From Escherichia phage ETEC-TG, in the sequence record OR786310.1: a stretch of DNA of 64,000 bases; one strand, 5' to 3'. How positions within the stretch are numbered: position 1 is the first letter of the stretch; every line of letters begins with the position of its first letter. The notes beneath the pieces are model-generated. The model searched no databases, was not told the DNA's origin, and was given only the letters and a program-made list of their open reading frames with translations. Positions 56,365-64,000 of this stretch are shown here, one piece after another. The translations under genes were made by a program, and so were the position numbers.

Positions 56365-56501
56365 CTACCGATAAGAACAAGTACTTAAATCTCTGTTCTT
56401 CGAACATCTAACGATAGAGATTAATCTATTACATAATCTATACTCGCTATCGCTCGACCCTTCGGGGTTAGGGTAGCATATTTTTTGAAAAAAGTCAACA
56501 C

Positions 56502-56819
56502 TTATTTTTTGGTAAGTAGATAAATCAATTGTTCACCTGCTTCTGGTGCATATAGTGCTTTAGTATCGAAGTCAAAGAAGTGAGTGACTCCTGTTACTTT
56601 GGATGCATGAATAGATAATCGTGCAAGCTTAAGCAGATTATCCATTTCCGCAATCTTTGCACGAAATACTGCACGTGTAGCGTCAAAAGCTGCATGTGGC
56701 ATGTATTTACGATTTAGACTACTACGTTTAAATTTACGATAATCTGCAATGATCCTGTTACGTTCTTTGTTCAAGTGCTTTACCAGTGCAGTATATACAT
56801 GTGGTTCTTTGTTAGCCAT
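56502..56819 (-). CDS. Hypothetical basic protein
   Basis: Start moved to MANKEPH with GAGGAGA RBS. Confidence 0.4.
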   Translation of the reverse strand: MANKEPHVYTALVKHLNKERNRIIADYRKFKRSSLNRKYMPHAAFDATRAVFRAKIAEMDNLLKLARLSIHASKVTGVTHFFDFDTKALYAPEAGEQLIYLLTKK

Positions 56820-57024
56820 TGTTAATCTCCTCTTCATATGTTGGTAGTGCATGGTATGCGATCACAGGTGCCAAGTCAAAATAAAAATGACCATTGATAA
56901 CAGCTATCGTGCCATTGCGTGTTTTGTTAACTTCACAGAATCCCTTCTTGCCGTTTGCCATGATTACAAGCCACTCTCCGATAGGAACATCCTCGGTACC
57001 AGATACTTTAATCCATCCACTCAC
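56812..57024 (-). CDS. Hypothetical protein
   Basis: 70 aa. Confidence 0.35.
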   Translation of the reverse strand: MSGWIKVSGTEDVPIGEWLVIMANGKKGFCEVNKTRNGTIAVINGHFYFDLAPVIAYHALPTYEEEINNG

Positions 57025-57281
57025 TTTACTTCCCCTTTGTAATCGGACACTATACCAGGTCTTACTTTTGCCTTAAGATGTTTCAACTCTGCCATAGGAG
57101 TTGCCACTTGTATAAGGTTAATAATTTCAACCTCGTAGATAGTATACTCATAACCCGCATACTTCCCGATGGAATGCAGGTATTTGATAGCATGTTCAGG
57201 TGAATCTGCTTCAACATACCCCAAATCTTTTGTAGTGCGGCCTTCACAGTCGCCTTCTGTAGTTACGTGATAAAGTGTCAT
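57021..57281 (-). CDS. Hypothetical protein
   Basis: 86 aa; GAGGAGG RBS. Confidence 0.4.
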   Translation of the reverse strand: MTLYHVTTEGDCEGRTTKDLGYVEADSPEHAIKYLHSIGKYAGYEYTIYEVEIINLIQVATPMAELKHLKAKVRPGIVSDYKGEVK

Positions 57282-57427
57282 AAAACCTCCTCATAGTAAG
57301 GTAAAGCCTTGATCAGTTGTTCTGAAGTGCCATTTTGCACCCACGTAACACCCTTGTCAAGAGAAACATACCCTTTCTTATTGATAAATTTACGGAGACA
57401 ACCAGTGAACTTGTTTTTGTAGATCAT
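57278..57427 (-). CDS. Small hypothetical protein (49 aa; not in ORF track)
   Basis: Hand-translated MIYKNKFTGCLRKFINKKGYVSLDKGVTWVQNGTSEQLIKALPYYEEVL; ATGA overlaps at both ends. Confidence 0.3.
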   Translation of the reverse strand: MIYKNKFTGCLRKFINKKGYVSLDKGVTWVQNGTSEQLIKALPYYEEVL

Positions 57428-57852
57428 TTCTTCTTTCCTTTCTTTAATTTGTTGTGACCTTTACCCTTATAAAGCTTGTGATTACGAGCAGACGGGTTAT
57501 TTTGGTTCTCCAGTCGGCTAACAGGTGTATTCCAAAGGTTTCCTGCTACAAAAGATGCTGCCACAAGTTCTTCCAGGTATACAAAATCCAAAGCAGGTAT
57601 CTTTGTTTCCCTCATCTCGCGTTCTACATTAGACAACACGCCTTCTTCCTTACTGTCTTCTTTTTCAATTACAAACCAACCCTGTTCCTGCCAAGCTTCC
57701 CCTCGGAACCAGTTTGACATATTGTAGCCATGCTCATCCAGAATAACACCGTATTGCATCTCAAACCACTCATCACTACAGAAGTATTCGTGCTTCACAC
57801 GTTTGCCATTCTGCATCGCTTCTTTAGCTTCGGTCCAAGTCATGTTTTGCAT
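57424..57852 (-). CDS. Hypothetical protein (first gene of minus-strand block)
   Basis: 142 aa; Trp/Glu-rich; basic C-terminus. Confidence 0.45.
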   Translation of the reverse strand: MQNMTWTEAKEAMQNGKRVKHEYFCSDEWFEMQYGVILDEHGYNMSNWFRGEAWQEQGWFVIEKEDSKEEGVLSNVEREMRETKIPALDFVYLEELVAASFVAGNLWNTPVSRLENQNNPSARNHKLYKGKGHNKLKKGKKK

Positions 57853-57882
57853 TTGTTTTCTCCTCTCGTTTTGTATGAGTTG

Positions 57883-57910
57883 ATTTTAACAGGACTAAAA
57901 AGCATGTCAA
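57883..57910 (-). promoter_or_regulatory. Sigma70-type promoter TTGACA-N16-TAAAAT driving minus-strand block
   Basis: Minus-strand -35 TTGACA (57905-57910) within AAGTGTTGACA motif and -10 TAAAAT (57883-57888). Confidence 0.55.
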
Positions 57911-57913
57911 CAC

Positions 57914-57941
57914 TTGATCTGAAATTATTTTCAGGTATCAT
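57914..57941 (+). promoter_or_regulatory. Sigma70-type promoter TTGATC-N16-TATCAT driving plus-strand block
   Basis: Divergent partner of the minus-strand promoter; about 25 nt upstream of RBS/ATG at 57967. Confidence 0.45.
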
Positions 57942-57966
57942 GTATGAACATTAACAAGAGAGGTAG

Positions 57967-58260
57967 ATGATGAACATTACTTTAGCAACTAAGAATATTT
58001 CTGAAACAATTAACGGTTTTGGTGTGATTGTAGCCTTGCACGGTAACAATGAGAAATGGTTGGCTTCTTTTGAAGAGGATCGTCAACACAACATTATTTT
58101 AGATGCCCCTATAAAAGTTATGCATATCGTTGGTGAAAGCAAAGTGCTCACTTCCTCCCGTTCAAAAGAACAAATTACAAATGAATTAGTAAAACTGCTT
58201 GACAATGTTCTTAACATGTTTGATAATGCACCCATCGATACAAAACGTGTCTTAATGTGA
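57967..58260 (+). CDS. Hypothetical protein
   Basis: 97 aa; RBS GAGAGG. Confidence 0.45.
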   Translation: MMNITLATKNISETINGFGVIVALHGNNEKWLASFEEDRQHNIILDAPIKVMHIVGESKVLTSSRSKEQITNELVKLLDNVLNMFDNAPIDTKRVLM

Positions 58261-58272
58261 GAGGAGAACAAA

Positions 58273-58560
58273 ATGTACTATTCACAAGACGAAGTAGCAA
58301 ACATTAAACTGGCAGTGGGAGATCTTATTGTGTCACCTAACTACTATTGGGATAACAGAGATTTGGTTGAAGTAGTAACCCATGTTGGAGTTGAAGGTAT
58401 TGTGCTCTACACACTAGGTGGAGGTGTTGTTGGGGAAATGGAACGTTATACGACAACGAAGAAACTGGTAAGCTCTTATCACATGTTTTTACACCAAGGT
58501 TCGGAAGAGTATACAGCTTTCTTGTTGAAATTAGATGCAGATCGGGAGAAGGCACGATGA
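58273..58560 (+). CDS. Hypothetical protein
   Basis: 95 aa; GAGGAGAA RBS. Confidence 0.45.
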   Translation: MYYSQDEVANIKLAVGDLIVSPNYYWDNRDLVEVVTHVGVEGIVLYTLGGGVVGEMERYTTTKKLVSSYHMFLHQGSEEYTAFLLKLDADREKAR

Positions 58561-58913
58561 AAATTGTACACGATGAAATTCAAATAGAAGAAAGTGACCT
58601 GATGGATTTGGATGCAGCTTTGGGGAAGGTAATCTATGCAGGAATTAAAGCCTTCCGTGAGAAGGCAAACAATAGCACGTTTGTCATGATCCCCACTAAA
58701 CTGATGCGTGTTTTGTATCCAAATAGAAGTGCGCCGTATACAGATGAAGAAGAGGAGACAGGTAGAAGAGAGTGGTTAAATATTTTAGAAAAGATGGAGA
58801 ATGCTTTTATTGATAGTGGTAATCCAGAAATCGTGTATGCTGAAGATCAAAGGAAGGCACGGTTAGAGGGCCGTCTTTTATTCGCTAGTTATTTTGATAA
58901 TCTTTGGAGCTAA
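58557..58913 (+). CDS. Hypothetical protein
   Basis: 118 aa; ATGA overlap. Confidence 0.45.
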   Translation: MKIVHDEIQIEESDLMDLDAALGKVIYAGIKAFREKANNSTFVMIPTKLMRVLYPNRSAPYTDEEEETGRREWLNILEKMENAFIDSGNPEIVYAEDQRKARLEGRLLFASYFDNLWS

Positions 58914-58915
58914 AT

Positions 58916-59092
58916 ATGTCTGAATTCTTCACAATGGCTTTCTTAGGGATCTATCTGATTATTAGTGCTGTTGGCTTAATCATGTCTCTAATAGAGGAAA
59001 TGGGAATTAAGTGGAATTGTGCATTCGGTATAGCTCTTATGCTCACTCCAGTTTGGATTTACATTTGCAAATCGGTTGAACTAATTGGTTAA
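58916..59092 (+). CDS. Small membrane protein
   Basis: MSEFFTMAFLGIYLIISAVGLIMSLIEEMGIKWNCAFGIALMLTPVWIYICK...; ATG start preferred over upstream TTG. Confidence 0.4.
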   Translation: MSEFFTMAFLGIYLIISAVGLIMSLIEEMGIKWNCAFGIALMLTPVWIYICKSVELIG

Positions 59093-59102
59093 TGGAGGTA
59101 AT

Positions 59103-59441
59103 ATGTTTAGTAAAGAAATGAGAGAGGTAATCGCTACTCTGGTAGTTGATCATGGTGTTGAAGTTGAGCGTCACGTTTGGAAAGATGAGCCTCCTTTCTT
59201 TGATTTGGCATCACGGGCTAAAAGTCACATGTATCTCCTTGAAGATGATAAGGATTTTATTCTGCGTATGCGTTATGATCGAGAGTTTAGAATTCCTCTT
59301 GACACAGATCCTGATGATGTAGTATTGTGGTTGGCAGAGCATTTCGCATTTAACGCTCTACATGGAAGAAGTTTTGGTAATGAACGTTGGGATACCATTT
59401 GTCGTAAACATAATATTGAACCAGAATACGGGAGTATGTAA
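59103..59441 (+). CDS. Hypothetical protein
   Basis: ATG at 59103 preceded by GGAGGT; ORF track start at TTG 59085. Confidence 0.4.
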   Translation: MFSKEMREVIATLVVDHGVEVERHVWKDEPPFFDLASRAKSHMYLLEDDKDFILRMRYDREFRIPLDTDPDDVVLWLAEHFAFNALHGRSFGNERWDTICRKHNIEPEYGSM

Positions 59442-59692
59442 TGTTAAGCGTTAAGCCTAAGATGATCAGTGAAGACCAGAAAGATTTCATTTACAAGTGT
59501 GGACGAATCTGGAGAGAGTATACCAAGGGTAACGAGGTCGTGGTGGTTACTGAACACCAGATTGAAATATCTAATCTTTTCGGTGATTATTTGCAAGTGA
59601 TCAAATTAGGCATTGACAGAGGTTTGGTGCAGGTGTTAACATTATCCCAAGTTGAAGCAGAACACTTAGACAAAATCATTGTCGAGTTCTAA
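59441..59692 (+). CDS. Hypothetical protein
   Basis: 83 aa. Confidence 0.4.
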   Translation: MLSVKPKMISEDQKDFIYKCGRIWREYTKGNEVVVVTEHQIEISNLFGDYLQVIKLGIDRGLVQVLTLSQVEAEHLDKIIVEF

Positions 59693-59705
59693 GAGGAGAA
59701 AGAAT

Positions 59706-59870
59706 ATGATCTCTTTAGAATCAATAGCTTTTAAGAAAGGGTATACCGCAGGGTTCAAGTTTGGTATGTTTAATAAAGTAAATCCATACTGTCCAATGAC
59801 ACACAAAAAGGAATTCGAAGAATGGGAAGATGGATTTTCTAAAGGCTACCAGGCAAAGGGTTGGTTGTAA
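59706..59870 (+). CDS. Small hypothetical protein
   Basis: ATG with AAGAGGAGAAAG RBS; ORF-track start at TTG 59679. Confidence 0.35.
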   Translation: MISLESIAFKKGYTAGFKFGMFNKVNPYCPMTHKKEFEEWEDGFSKGYQAKGWL

Positions 59871-59879
59871 GGAGAGAAT

Positions 59880-60044
59880 ATGATTTTAAACTTCATCATC
59901 AACTTGTGTTTGACATTGGGACTACTCTGTGCAATAGTATCCCCTCTGGTTGGTGAATATTGTTCTGAACTGGCGATGTTTATAGTTCTTGGTGCAGCTA
60001 TTGCTAATATGTTTGTCGCTGCGATTTGTATGTTGTGGGAATAG
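59880..60044 (+). CDS. Small membrane protein (54 aa; not in ORF track)
   Basis: MILNFIINLCLTLGLLCAIVSPLVGEYCSELAMFIVLGAAIANMFVAAICMLWE; GGAGAGA RBS. Confidence 0.35.
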   Translation: MILNFIINLCLTLGLLCAIVSPLVGEYCSELAMFIVLGAAIANMFVAAICMLWE

Positions 60045-60055
60045 GAGGGAAGTTT

Positions 60056-60412
60056 ATGAAAAAATTAATCTTAGCCACATTGCTGGCTACCGTAAGCTTC
60101 ACCACTTACGCTCAAAAATTTGTAGCAGTTAAAACAGATATTGGTAAAGATGTTGTGATCACAGGCAACAAATTTTACTATACACCTGGAAATGGTGTTC
60201 TAGAAGAGTGCCAAGATGTTGAGGCATATACAGGAAAAGAAGATAACACGGAACGTCCTTTTTATTCGATTATAGCTACTTGCAAAAATGAAATAGTAGC
60301 TATTAAACAATACAAAGATGCCCCTGGAGGAGAGTACTTATTAATCAAGAATATTAAGAGTGAAAAAACTGCAAAGTTTACAGTAATTATTTTAAAAGGA
60401 GAAACGTTCTAA
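60056..60412 (+). CDS. Secreted protein (signal peptide)
   Basis: MKKLILATLLATVSFTTYAQ signal peptide; AGGAGGG RBS. Confidence 0.45.
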   Translation: MKKLILATLLATVSFTTYAQKFVAVKTDIGKDVVITGNKFYYTPGNGVLEECQDVEAYTGKEDNTERPFYSIIATCKNEIVAIKQYKDAPGGEYLLIKNIKSEKTAKFTVIILKGETF

Positions 60413-61551
60413 TGAAATACACTATTTTTGGAGATGTGGCTGTTGTAAATAAGGAATATGGTGTTGAAGCTAATAAACTTCCTGCTGGAGTTTGGGTTGT
60501 CAACTGCGATCCGCACGGTAACTACTCTTTAGTGCGTGGCGAAAGTTTCTCTCTTCCGAACACTCTTTATGGGGAAACTAAAAATCGCGCCGCACATGTT
60601 ATTAAAACATTTGCTCGTCGTAGTAAAGAAGGTAAAAATACTGGGGTGTTACTGACAGGGACAAAAGGCAGTGGTAAGACGATGTTAGCTAAACTGATTA
60701 GCATGTCTCTAATGTCCACAGAAGGTTTAGGTATTCCAACCATTTTGGTTACACAGCCTTACACAGATGCTGGCTTCTTAGAATTTATGAGTAAAATTAC
60801 AGATCGTGCTGTTGTTTTATTTGACGAATTTGATAAAGTGTACGCTAAGAAAGAAGATCAGGAAGCACTGTTGACCTTGTTGGATGGAACAGGAAGTGGG
60901 AATAAACTTTACATCCTCACTAAAAATAGTGGCTATATCTCGGAATATTTTGTAAACCGTCCTAGTCGTATCTACTACAGTTTCAATTACGATAAACTGT
61001 CTAGTGAAACTATGTTAGATTACTTGGATAAGAACTTGGTAAATAAAAAACACGTAGATAACTTCCAACGTTTATGGGATGTTAGCACAGAGTTGTCTTT
61101 CGATGTTATTCAAGGCATTGTAGAAGAATTGAATTTCTATCCAAAAATGACTTTTAAAGAATGTCTTGAAATGATGGGTATTTCTTTAGGCAATGATGCT
61201 AAATGGAATGTGGCTTCTATTGTAGCTAATGGCAAAACCTTGAAGGTGAATTGGATCAATAACTGGCACGACTTTACCCCTACTAAGTTTTTGTCGGGTG
61301 CTTGTTCCTTGAACATCTATCTACAAAGCTTGAAAGATGATGAAGTGGAAGCAATGGAAACCAATAGTTATGTTATCCTAGACGAAGATGGCGACCCACA
61401 TATTGATCTATGTGCAACTGCTGATGGTCTAACTTGTGATCTGATTGAAGGTGGTAAGATCCTGGTGATGAGCACTACACCAGGAAACACTCTGCGAGTG
61501 GTGCTGGAGCCTGTAACGCAGCGATCTACCACACTGGGTAGCGTATTCTGA
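60412..61551 (+). CDS. P-loop ATPase (AAA-like)
   Basis: 379 aa; Walker A GTKGSGKT, Walker B VVLFDEFD. Confidence 0.55.
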   Translation: MKYTIFGDVAVVNKEYGVEANKLPAGVWVVNCDPHGNYSLVRGESFSLPNTLYGETKNRAAHVIKTFARRSKEGKNTGVLLTGTKGSGKTMLAKLISMSLMSTEGLGIPTILVTQPYTDAGFLEFMSKITDRAVVLFDEFDKVYAKKEDQEALLTLLDGTGSGNKLYILTKNSGYISEYFVNRPSRIYYSFNYDKLSSETMLDYLDKNLVNKKHVDNFQRLWDVSTELSFDVIQGIVEELNFYPKMTFKECLEMMGISLGNDAKWNVASIVANGKTLKVNWINNWHDFTPTKFLSGACSLNIYLQSLKDDEVEAMETNSYVILDEDGDPHIDLCATADGLTCDLIEGGKILVMSTTPGNTLRVVLEPVTQRSTTLGSVF

Positions 61552-61567
61552 TACAGCACAAATAGCT

Positions 61568-61595
61568 AAACCCGCTTCGGCGGGTTTTGTTATAT
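61568..61595 (+). terminator. Rho-independent terminator (UUCG tetraloop + T-tract)
   Basis: AAACCCGC-TTCG-GCGGGTTT followed by TGTTATATT. Confidence 0.7.
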
Positions 61596-61629
61596 TGATT
61601 TCAGTTTAATAGGAAGAGAATTGTTAGAT

Positions 61630-62628
61630 ATGCCAGTAAAGAAGAGTATTGAAACATATATGGAAGAATGTAAGCCGATAGCTGAGGCTAAAGGGATTAC
61701 CATTCTCGGCACGTATGGAGAAGATAAAGGTGTGCATACGAAGATGATCAATCGTTGTGAGCATGGTCATGAATGGAATACTACAACGTTTCACAGTTTT
61801 AAAGATGGTCGAGGTTGTCCTAAGTGCGCCTACAGGGAACGTTCGAAAAAGAGAAGCAAAGCTATCACTATTCCAGACCAGCAACACATACAAGATTTTA
61901 TGAAGGTAGGTAAATTTAAGGAAGGCACTATTTTCACCAATACAGGGGAACGTAAAGGGTGTGATATAGTATGGATGGTTGAATGTCCTGTTTGCTCTCA
62001 TGATGAATATGTGGAAGCTGGGGTGTGTGATGGTAAATTCTATGCTACCGGAAGTCATCTTAAACGTGGGTGTCTCCCTTGCCGCTGTTCTACAAGTTAC
62101 AAATACACAGAGGATCAGACCACCTATAGAACAAGAAAGGAAGTAGAAAGGAGAGGATATATATGGGTAGGATGGATCGGTAAACCTTCAACAATGGGTA
62201 AGTTTAAATATGGATGTAAGGAGCACGGGGAACAGATAGGGCGTGCAGATGGTTTGCTACATAAGGGGAGTGGGTGTCCGCAGTGCGGGGGCCAAAACCA
62301 ACAACAATGTTACATTAATCATATTTATGATGAAGATGGTATTCTTTGTGCACTGAAGTTTGGTATTGCCAATAGTAGTGATCGCCGTATCAAAGAACAG
62401 AATAGCCGCAATGTGTTTACTATGAGACAAGTTCAAGTGTGGCAGTTCCCCACTGTGAAGCAGTGCAAAAATTCAGAAAAGTATTGCAAAAAGGTGTTAG
62501 ACACAGAAGCAGTGAGCAAATATGCTATGCCAGACGGCTACACAGAAACAGTGGAGCTATCTTGTCTGGCATCAATACAAAACATTTATAAACTTTATGG
62601 TGGAATATTACAGGAGGAAACATGTTAG
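61630..62628 (+). CDS. Cys/His-rich protein with three zinc-ribbon-like modules and C-terminal T5orf172/GIY-YIG-like region
   Basis: Modules RCEHGHEW...GCPKC, CPVCSHDEY...CLPC, GCKEHGEQ...GCPQCG; C-terminal ALKFGIANSSDRRIKEQNS. Confidence 0.4.
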   Translation: MPVKKSIETYMEECKPIAEAKGITILGTYGEDKGVHTKMINRCEHGHEWNTTTFHSFKDGRGCPKCAYRERSKKRSKAITIPDQQHIQDFMKVGKFKEGTIFTNTGERKGCDIVWMVECPVCSHDEYVEAGVCDGKFYATGSHLKRGCLPCRCSTSYKYTEDQTTYRTRKEVERRGYIWVGWIGKPSTMGKFKYGCKEHGEQIGRADGLLHKGSGCPQCGGQNQQQCYINHIYDEDGILCALKFGIANSSDRRIKEQNSRNVFTMRQVQVWQFPTVKQCKNSEKYCKKVLDTEAVSKYAMPDGYTETVELSCLASIQNIYKLYGGILQEETC

Positions 62629-62987
62629 TTGACGTTCAAATTATGCGCAACGAAAGAATGGACTTCTTTGAAGCAGTAGAGAAACATCTGATCAGATGGG
62701 ACTATGAATTTGTTCCTGCTGGATGTGGACCAGTAGAGCATTTAGCGGAAGACGACGATGTATACATGATCATTCGTCAAGTGTACCAGACAGACCAGTG
62801 TGAAGAAACTCCCGAACTGATTTTGTTTGAGTGTAAAGATCTTGCAAAATATTTTGACTATGGCGGAAAAGAGGGTCATAATCTCTCCAGATACAATAAA
62901 CGTCTACTTATCTTAGACTACATGCGAAACAACAAACACAAACTCATCGACGCAGACGCAGTTTATGGCTACTGGTGGATGGATTAA
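62622..62987 (+). CDS. Hypothetical protein
   Basis: 121 aa. Confidence 0.4.
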   Translation: MLVDVQIMRNERMDFFEAVEKHLIRWDYEFVPAGCGPVEHLAEDDDVYMIIRQVYQTDQCEETPELILFECKDLAKYFDYGGKEGHNLSRYNKRLLILDYMRNNKHKLIDADAVYGYWWMD

Positions 62988-63000
62988 CAAAGGAGAAACT

Positions 63001-63189
63001 ATGGCACGTTTAGCAGATAACCCTGTATTCTACCCCGTTCTTGATCTTTATGATGAATTGACATATGTTGTGGAGCGGTATAACTACAATGAAGATCTTT
63101 TGGAGACAAACCTTAAAGTGGTCCTGATGAAAGCCTATCAGCAAGGGCAACGTGAAATTTTGGAGAGTATGAAAAATGCGAATAACTGA
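63001..63189 (+). CDS. Small hypothetical protein
   Basis: ATG with AAAGGAGAAACT RBS. Confidence 0.35.
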   Translation: MARLADNPVFYPVLDLYDELTYVVERYNYNEDLLETNLKVVLMKAYQQGQREILESMKNANN

Positions 63190-63718
63190 TGATTATGTAT
63201 TCTTCTTTTCACATAAAGATGTGTTTAGTAATTGGTATATTGCACCATTCACAGAGATGGAACCAGGGTACAGTGAGACTTTCTGTTGTGTAGAGCAATA
63301 CATGATGTGGCGTAAGGCTTTGCTGTTCAAGGATCAGGTAATCGCAGCAGCTATCCTTGATCACTCAATGAAGCGAGACGACGAGAAGGGACAGGCATAC
63401 TACAAGCGTATGGGTCGAGCGGTGTCTGGTTTTAATAATGACATGTGGGAAGAGTACCGAGAGCGTATCGTAATGCGAGGCTTATGCTTGAAGTATACAC
63501 AGAACCCTGATCTTTACTCTGACTTGCGACTGTACCAATTCAAAACGTTCGTTGAGGCGAGTCCTTATGATAAGGTTTACGGAATTGGAATGGGTATGTA
63601 CGAACCAGGGGTGCTTAATCCTGCCAACTGGAAAGGGCAGAATCTTTTAGGTAAATATCATAATAAACTGATCGAAATACTTTTCCCAGACAAAATACCG
63701 CAAAGACGATATTTGTGA
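63176..63718 (+). CDS. NADAR-domain (YbiA-like) protein
   Basis: 180 aa; N-terminal YVFFFSHKDVFSNWY ... FCCVEQYMMWRKALLFKD ... AAAILDH matches NADAR/DUF1768 pattern. Confidence 0.55.
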   Translation: MRITDDYVFFFSHKDVFSNWYIAPFTEMEPGYSETFCCVEQYMMWRKALLFKDQVIAAAILDHSMKRDDEKGQAYYKRMGRAVSGFNNDMWEEYRERIVMRGLCLKYTQNPDLYSDLRLYQFKTFVEASPYDKVYGIGMGMYEPGVLNPANWKGQNLLGKYHNKLIEILFPDKIPQRRYL

Positions 63719-63774
63719 TATTTTAACTTTTTTCATTTTTAGAACAAAGGTGTCACTTTGTAGCACAGAAATAA

Positions 63775-63808
63775 GGCTCCTACAGCACCGTAGAGAGCCT
63801 GTTATTTT
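63775..63808 (+). terminator. Rho-independent terminator after NADAR gene
   Basis: Nested hairpin GGCTCC-TACAGCACCGTAGA-GAGCC followed by TGTTATTTTGT. Confidence 0.55.
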
Positions 63809-64000
63809 GTCCTATACAAACCCTTATCTTTTTCAGTTTGCATCGCTAGGATTCGATCTAAGTGGGTTCCTGAAGGTCTACTAATAAGATTAAAGGTTAT
63901 ATCAAATTCCCACTATCCATTATCTCAAAAATCCTTCAAATTATTTAAACTTTTTAAGAATTTACAAAAGTGAAAGTTGAAAACCAAAATTTAAAGTTTA

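Noticed and set aside
56365-56501. tRNA gene in the 137-bp spacer
   Set aside because: No acceptor-stem/T-arm arrangement or GTTCRANYC T-loop found on either strand.
22700-57900. Integrase/attachment site or other temperate-phage signature at the strand-switch regions
   Set aside because: No tyrosine/serine recombinase motifs, repressor-like genes or flanking direct repeats seen; the organisation is that of a virulent phage.
63809-64000. tRNA or small RNA gene in the terminal non-coding stretch (ggattcgatcta resembles a T-loop)
   Set aside because: Flanking sequence cannot form T-stem and acceptor stem; region is AT-rich and may simply be the start of the next intergenic/promoter region.

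Overview
This window reads as a densely packed segment of a virulent tailed-phage genome (AT-rich; host very likely Enterobacteriaceae, because one protein carries the E. coli SSB C-terminal tip). All calls come from reading the sequence and the ORF track; no database search was run. Layout: (1) plus strand 1-22665, a contractile-tail baseplate and receptor-binding module: spike with H-x-H tip, gp25/W-like, baseplate J-like, gpI-like, a tail-fibre assembly chaperone and at least five large fibre/tailspike genes, two of them GC-rich. (2) minus strand 22722-57852, a long translationally coupled early/middle block: gp2.5-like SSB, family-A DNA polymerase, T7-gp4-like primase-helicase, N6-adenine methyltransferase, four glycosyltransferases, anaerobic ribonucleotide reductase NrdD/NrdG, UvrD-like helicase and many small ORFs. 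(3) plus strand 57967-63718, small genes plus a P-loop ATPase, a Cys-rich protein and a NADAR-domain protein. The most unusual content is a Ter-type gene set on the minus strand (TerD, vWA, TelA-like, SprT-like, TerC), followed upstream by a phosphoribosyltransferase-HAD-macro operon. No tRNA, CRISPR array or integrase was recognised.
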